Shown one piece after another: positions 61,701-64,000 of a stretch of DNA of 64,000 nucleotides. Below the pieces are notes generated by a model. That model made no database searches. It saw nothing but the letters and a program-made list of their open reading frames with translations, and had not been told where the DNA came from. Each line of letters opens with the position of its first letter. The first letter of the stretch is position 1. The DNA comes from Lama guanicoe (taxonomy: Eukaryota): assembly GCA_013239625.1 (NCBI GenBank), contig MU054662.1, positions 11,583,798-11,647,797 on the forward strand, read 5' to 3'. A program made the position numbers and the translations under genes.

Positions 61701-61955
61701 TCCCGTTACGGGGGAATTTAAGGCCAGACGACCGGGGAAGGAGGTGCATCACCTGGGGGAGGCGTTGCCACCGTATCCTGCGTGCTTTAGTCCTTTGAGG
61801 TGGGGTGGCTTCTGCGATGAGGGCCACTGGCTGAGGAGGGGGAGGAGCCATTGGGGGGGTGTGCTGAGCAGCCCTGGTAGGCGGGGCTCTCCCCGTTGCC
61901 CTCTCCCCCACCACCCCGCCCTTCAGCTCCCTACACGTACTTCCCCCACCCCCAG

Positions 61956-62137
61956 CCTCTGGCAAGAGCTTCCGGGAGGAGCAGTGTGAGGCCTTCAACG
62001 GCTACAACCACAGCACCAACCGGCTGGCCCTGACCGTGGCCTGGGTGCCCAAGTACTCGGGCGTGTCTCCGCGGGACAAGTGCAAGCTCATCTGCCGCGC
62101 CAACGGCACCGGCTACTTCTACGTGCTGGCGCCCAAG
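61956..62137 (+). CDS. ADAMTS15: ADAMTS15 exon 6 (cysteine-rich domain), 182 nt
   Basis: [60 protein letters not shown]; acceptor ccccag|CC; donor AAG|GTGGGT. Confidence 0.97.
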
Positions 62138-62239
62138 GTGGGTGAGCTAGGGTGGGACGCCTGGGCAGGGGCATGGTCGTTGGGGAGCCTCGAGCTGAGC
62201 TGCCCCTGCTCCTCTTCTCCCCCTCCTGGGCCACTGCAG

Positions 62240-62415
62240 GTGGTGGATGGCACGCTGTGTACCCCCGACTCCACCTCGGTCTGCGTCCAGGGCAAGTGCA
62301 TCAAGGCTGGCTGCGACGGGAACCTGGGCTCCAAGAAGAAGTTCGACAAATGCGGGGTGTGCGGGGGAGACAATAAGGGCTGTAAGAAGGTGTCCGGACT
62401 CTTCACCAAGCCCAT
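62240..62415 (+). CDS. ADAMTS15: ADAMTS15 exon 7, 176 nt
   Basis: [58 protein letters not shown](M); acceptor ctgcag|GTG; donor AT|GTGAGT. Confidence 0.97.
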
Positions 62416-62679
62416 GTGAGTCCTGTGCCCTGGAGGGCGCAGCCAGGGCACAGGGGTGGGGTGGTGTCTGGAGCTGCCCCCAGGCATGGGAAGCTCGGGG
62501 TAGATGGGTAAATGCCAGATCCTGCCCAGACCCCGTGCTCGCCTGTGATTACGATGTTCATTCATTCATCCAACAAAGACGAGAGTGAAGAGGAGGCTCG
62601 GGTAGGACCCCGCTGGGCGGGAGATGACACTCAGGGAGACAGCAGGGTTGTCAGGGTCTGTCTAGAGCTCTAGGGTGAG

Positions 62680-62860
62680 ACTGAGCTGCATTCAGATCTC
62701 AGCTCTTCATTCTCTAGGTGACCCTGGGCAGGTGAATTCTAGGTTTCCTCACCTGTAAAGTGGTTTCAGTGCTAACGTATTTCACGTCCTGCTGTTGCGA
62801 GGATTAAGGGAGCTAATTAAAGTGAAATGCCTAGCGCAGTGCTGGGCGTGTGACGAATGC
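62680..62860 (+). mobile_element. MIR SINE
   Basis: gtgaccctgggcaggtg...gtttcctcacctgtaaagtgg...ttgcgaggattaagggagctaa. Confidence 0.65.
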
Positions 62861-63898
62861 TAACTGGATGCTCGTGAGGAGGGTGACCCACCAAAACACA
62901 CCTGGGGACAAATGTGACCGCCTCCCCCCTTCCTGAGCGTCAGGCCCTGGCCTCGGGACGGGATGGAGGTGAGAGAAGGTAGAGCGGGGCTGGGGCTGAG
63001 GGAACCCCCTTCCGGGGCGATGGGCGCCGGGGCAGCTGGGGAAGTGTCTCTGTGCCTCTTCTGCTCCCACCTCCAGAGCCTCGGCTCCAGGCTTTCCGAG
63101 GCCCAGCACGTTCCCTTTGTTTTCAGGGGGATGCGCCCCCTGGAGAGCCCAGACCCCAGGTTTGGGAGAAGCAGGCGGTGGCAGGGGTGTGCAGGCGGGG
63201 CCCTGCTGTCTCCGTTGAGTGTGGTCAGCTCTGACACCTAGGAGCCCAGGTGCTGGTGACAGACAGCAGGGCCTCCATGGCTGTCCAGGGCCCTGTCTGA
63301 CCGGCCCACAGACACAGTGCCCTCAGCTGAGCCCCGCTGGCAACTTCTCTGGGAGCTCAGGCGCTGCGGCTGTTGCAGGCTGTCCTTGTCCCTCAGGGGG
63401 CCTGTGGGGGAGACTGAGTGGGGAATTTAAGGCAGACCCCCCAGACTTGCTTCACTGGCTGAATGGCAGGTGTCCCATTCACGAACTAGTGGAAGCAGAA
63501 GGGGCTAAGACATTTCAGCCTGCTCCTTGCTCAGATGAGAACACCAGTGCCCGGAGAGGCTGACTTGCTTACATCAGGGAGCGAGTGTCCCAGCCAAGGC
63601 TTTGTGCAGGTCACCGACTCCAGGCCACATCCCTGCAGACGTCGAACCCCAGCCCTGTCATCTCCCTTCCTCTTCCCCTTCCTCCCTCCCGCTCTGGAGG
63701 CGACACAGCTGGTGTGTCCGGCTGTGCCTGGTGTGGCCACGGTCTCACTACCGCTCAGTTTGTGTGAGCCCTGAACACGGCTGTGGCAGGGGCCTGCCCC
63801 GGGTTTATGAAAGAATACAGGTCATGGAGTCACGGCATCGGAAGGCAGGGAGGCCCTCACACCGGGTGCCTGTCTGACCTCGCCCCCTCCACCCCCAG

Positions 63899-64000
63899 GC
63901 ACGGCTACAATTTCGTGGTGGCCATCCCAGCAGGCGCCTCCAGCATTGACATCCGCCAGCGCGGCTACAAGGGGCTGATTGGAGACGACAACTATCTGGC
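63899..64000 (+). CDS. ADAMTS15: ADAMTS15 exon 8 (spacer domain), truncated by window end
   Basis: Acceptor ccccag|G, then HGYNFVVAIPAGASSIDIRQRGYKGLIGDDNYL. Confidence 0.95.

Noticed and set aside
1-64000. CRISPR arrays, operons or other prokaryote-type systems
   Set aside because: Sequence is clearly mammalian, with spliceosomal introns and mammalian repeats; no regularly spaced repeat-spacer array seen

Overview
Mammalian genomic DNA, very likely a camelid: it carries a tRNA-Ala-derived vic-1-type SINE, and I saw no Alu, Bov-tA or PRE SINEs. The window holds two divergently transcribed paralogous aggrecanase-clade metalloprotease genes. ADAMTS8 is on the minus strand with all 9 coding exons (~10727-28889, ~907 aa inferred; exon 1 partly in N gaps). 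ADAMTS15 is on the plus strand with ATG at 46557; exons 1, 2 and 4-7 are complete, exon 3 lies in an N gap, and exon 8 runs off the window end. The rest is intron and intergenic DNA with old mammalian repeats (MIR, L2, L1, MER5A, MER20, MER3, MER58, MER21, MLT1, an ERV1-like fragment, hAT fossils) and microsatellites. I found no convincing new biological system. The most notable points are: the ADAMTS8 start codon reads AGG next to frame-preserving N gaps (probably an assembly artefact); a very weak ADAMTS8 exon-2 donor followed by a GGGA tract; an in-frame, stop-free 102-nt ADAMTS15 intron; an ERV1 element that ends in a poly(A) tail upstream of ADAMTS8; and a strong CTCF motif between the two promoters. 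Repeat family names and human-orthologue comparisons are from recall, not from searches.
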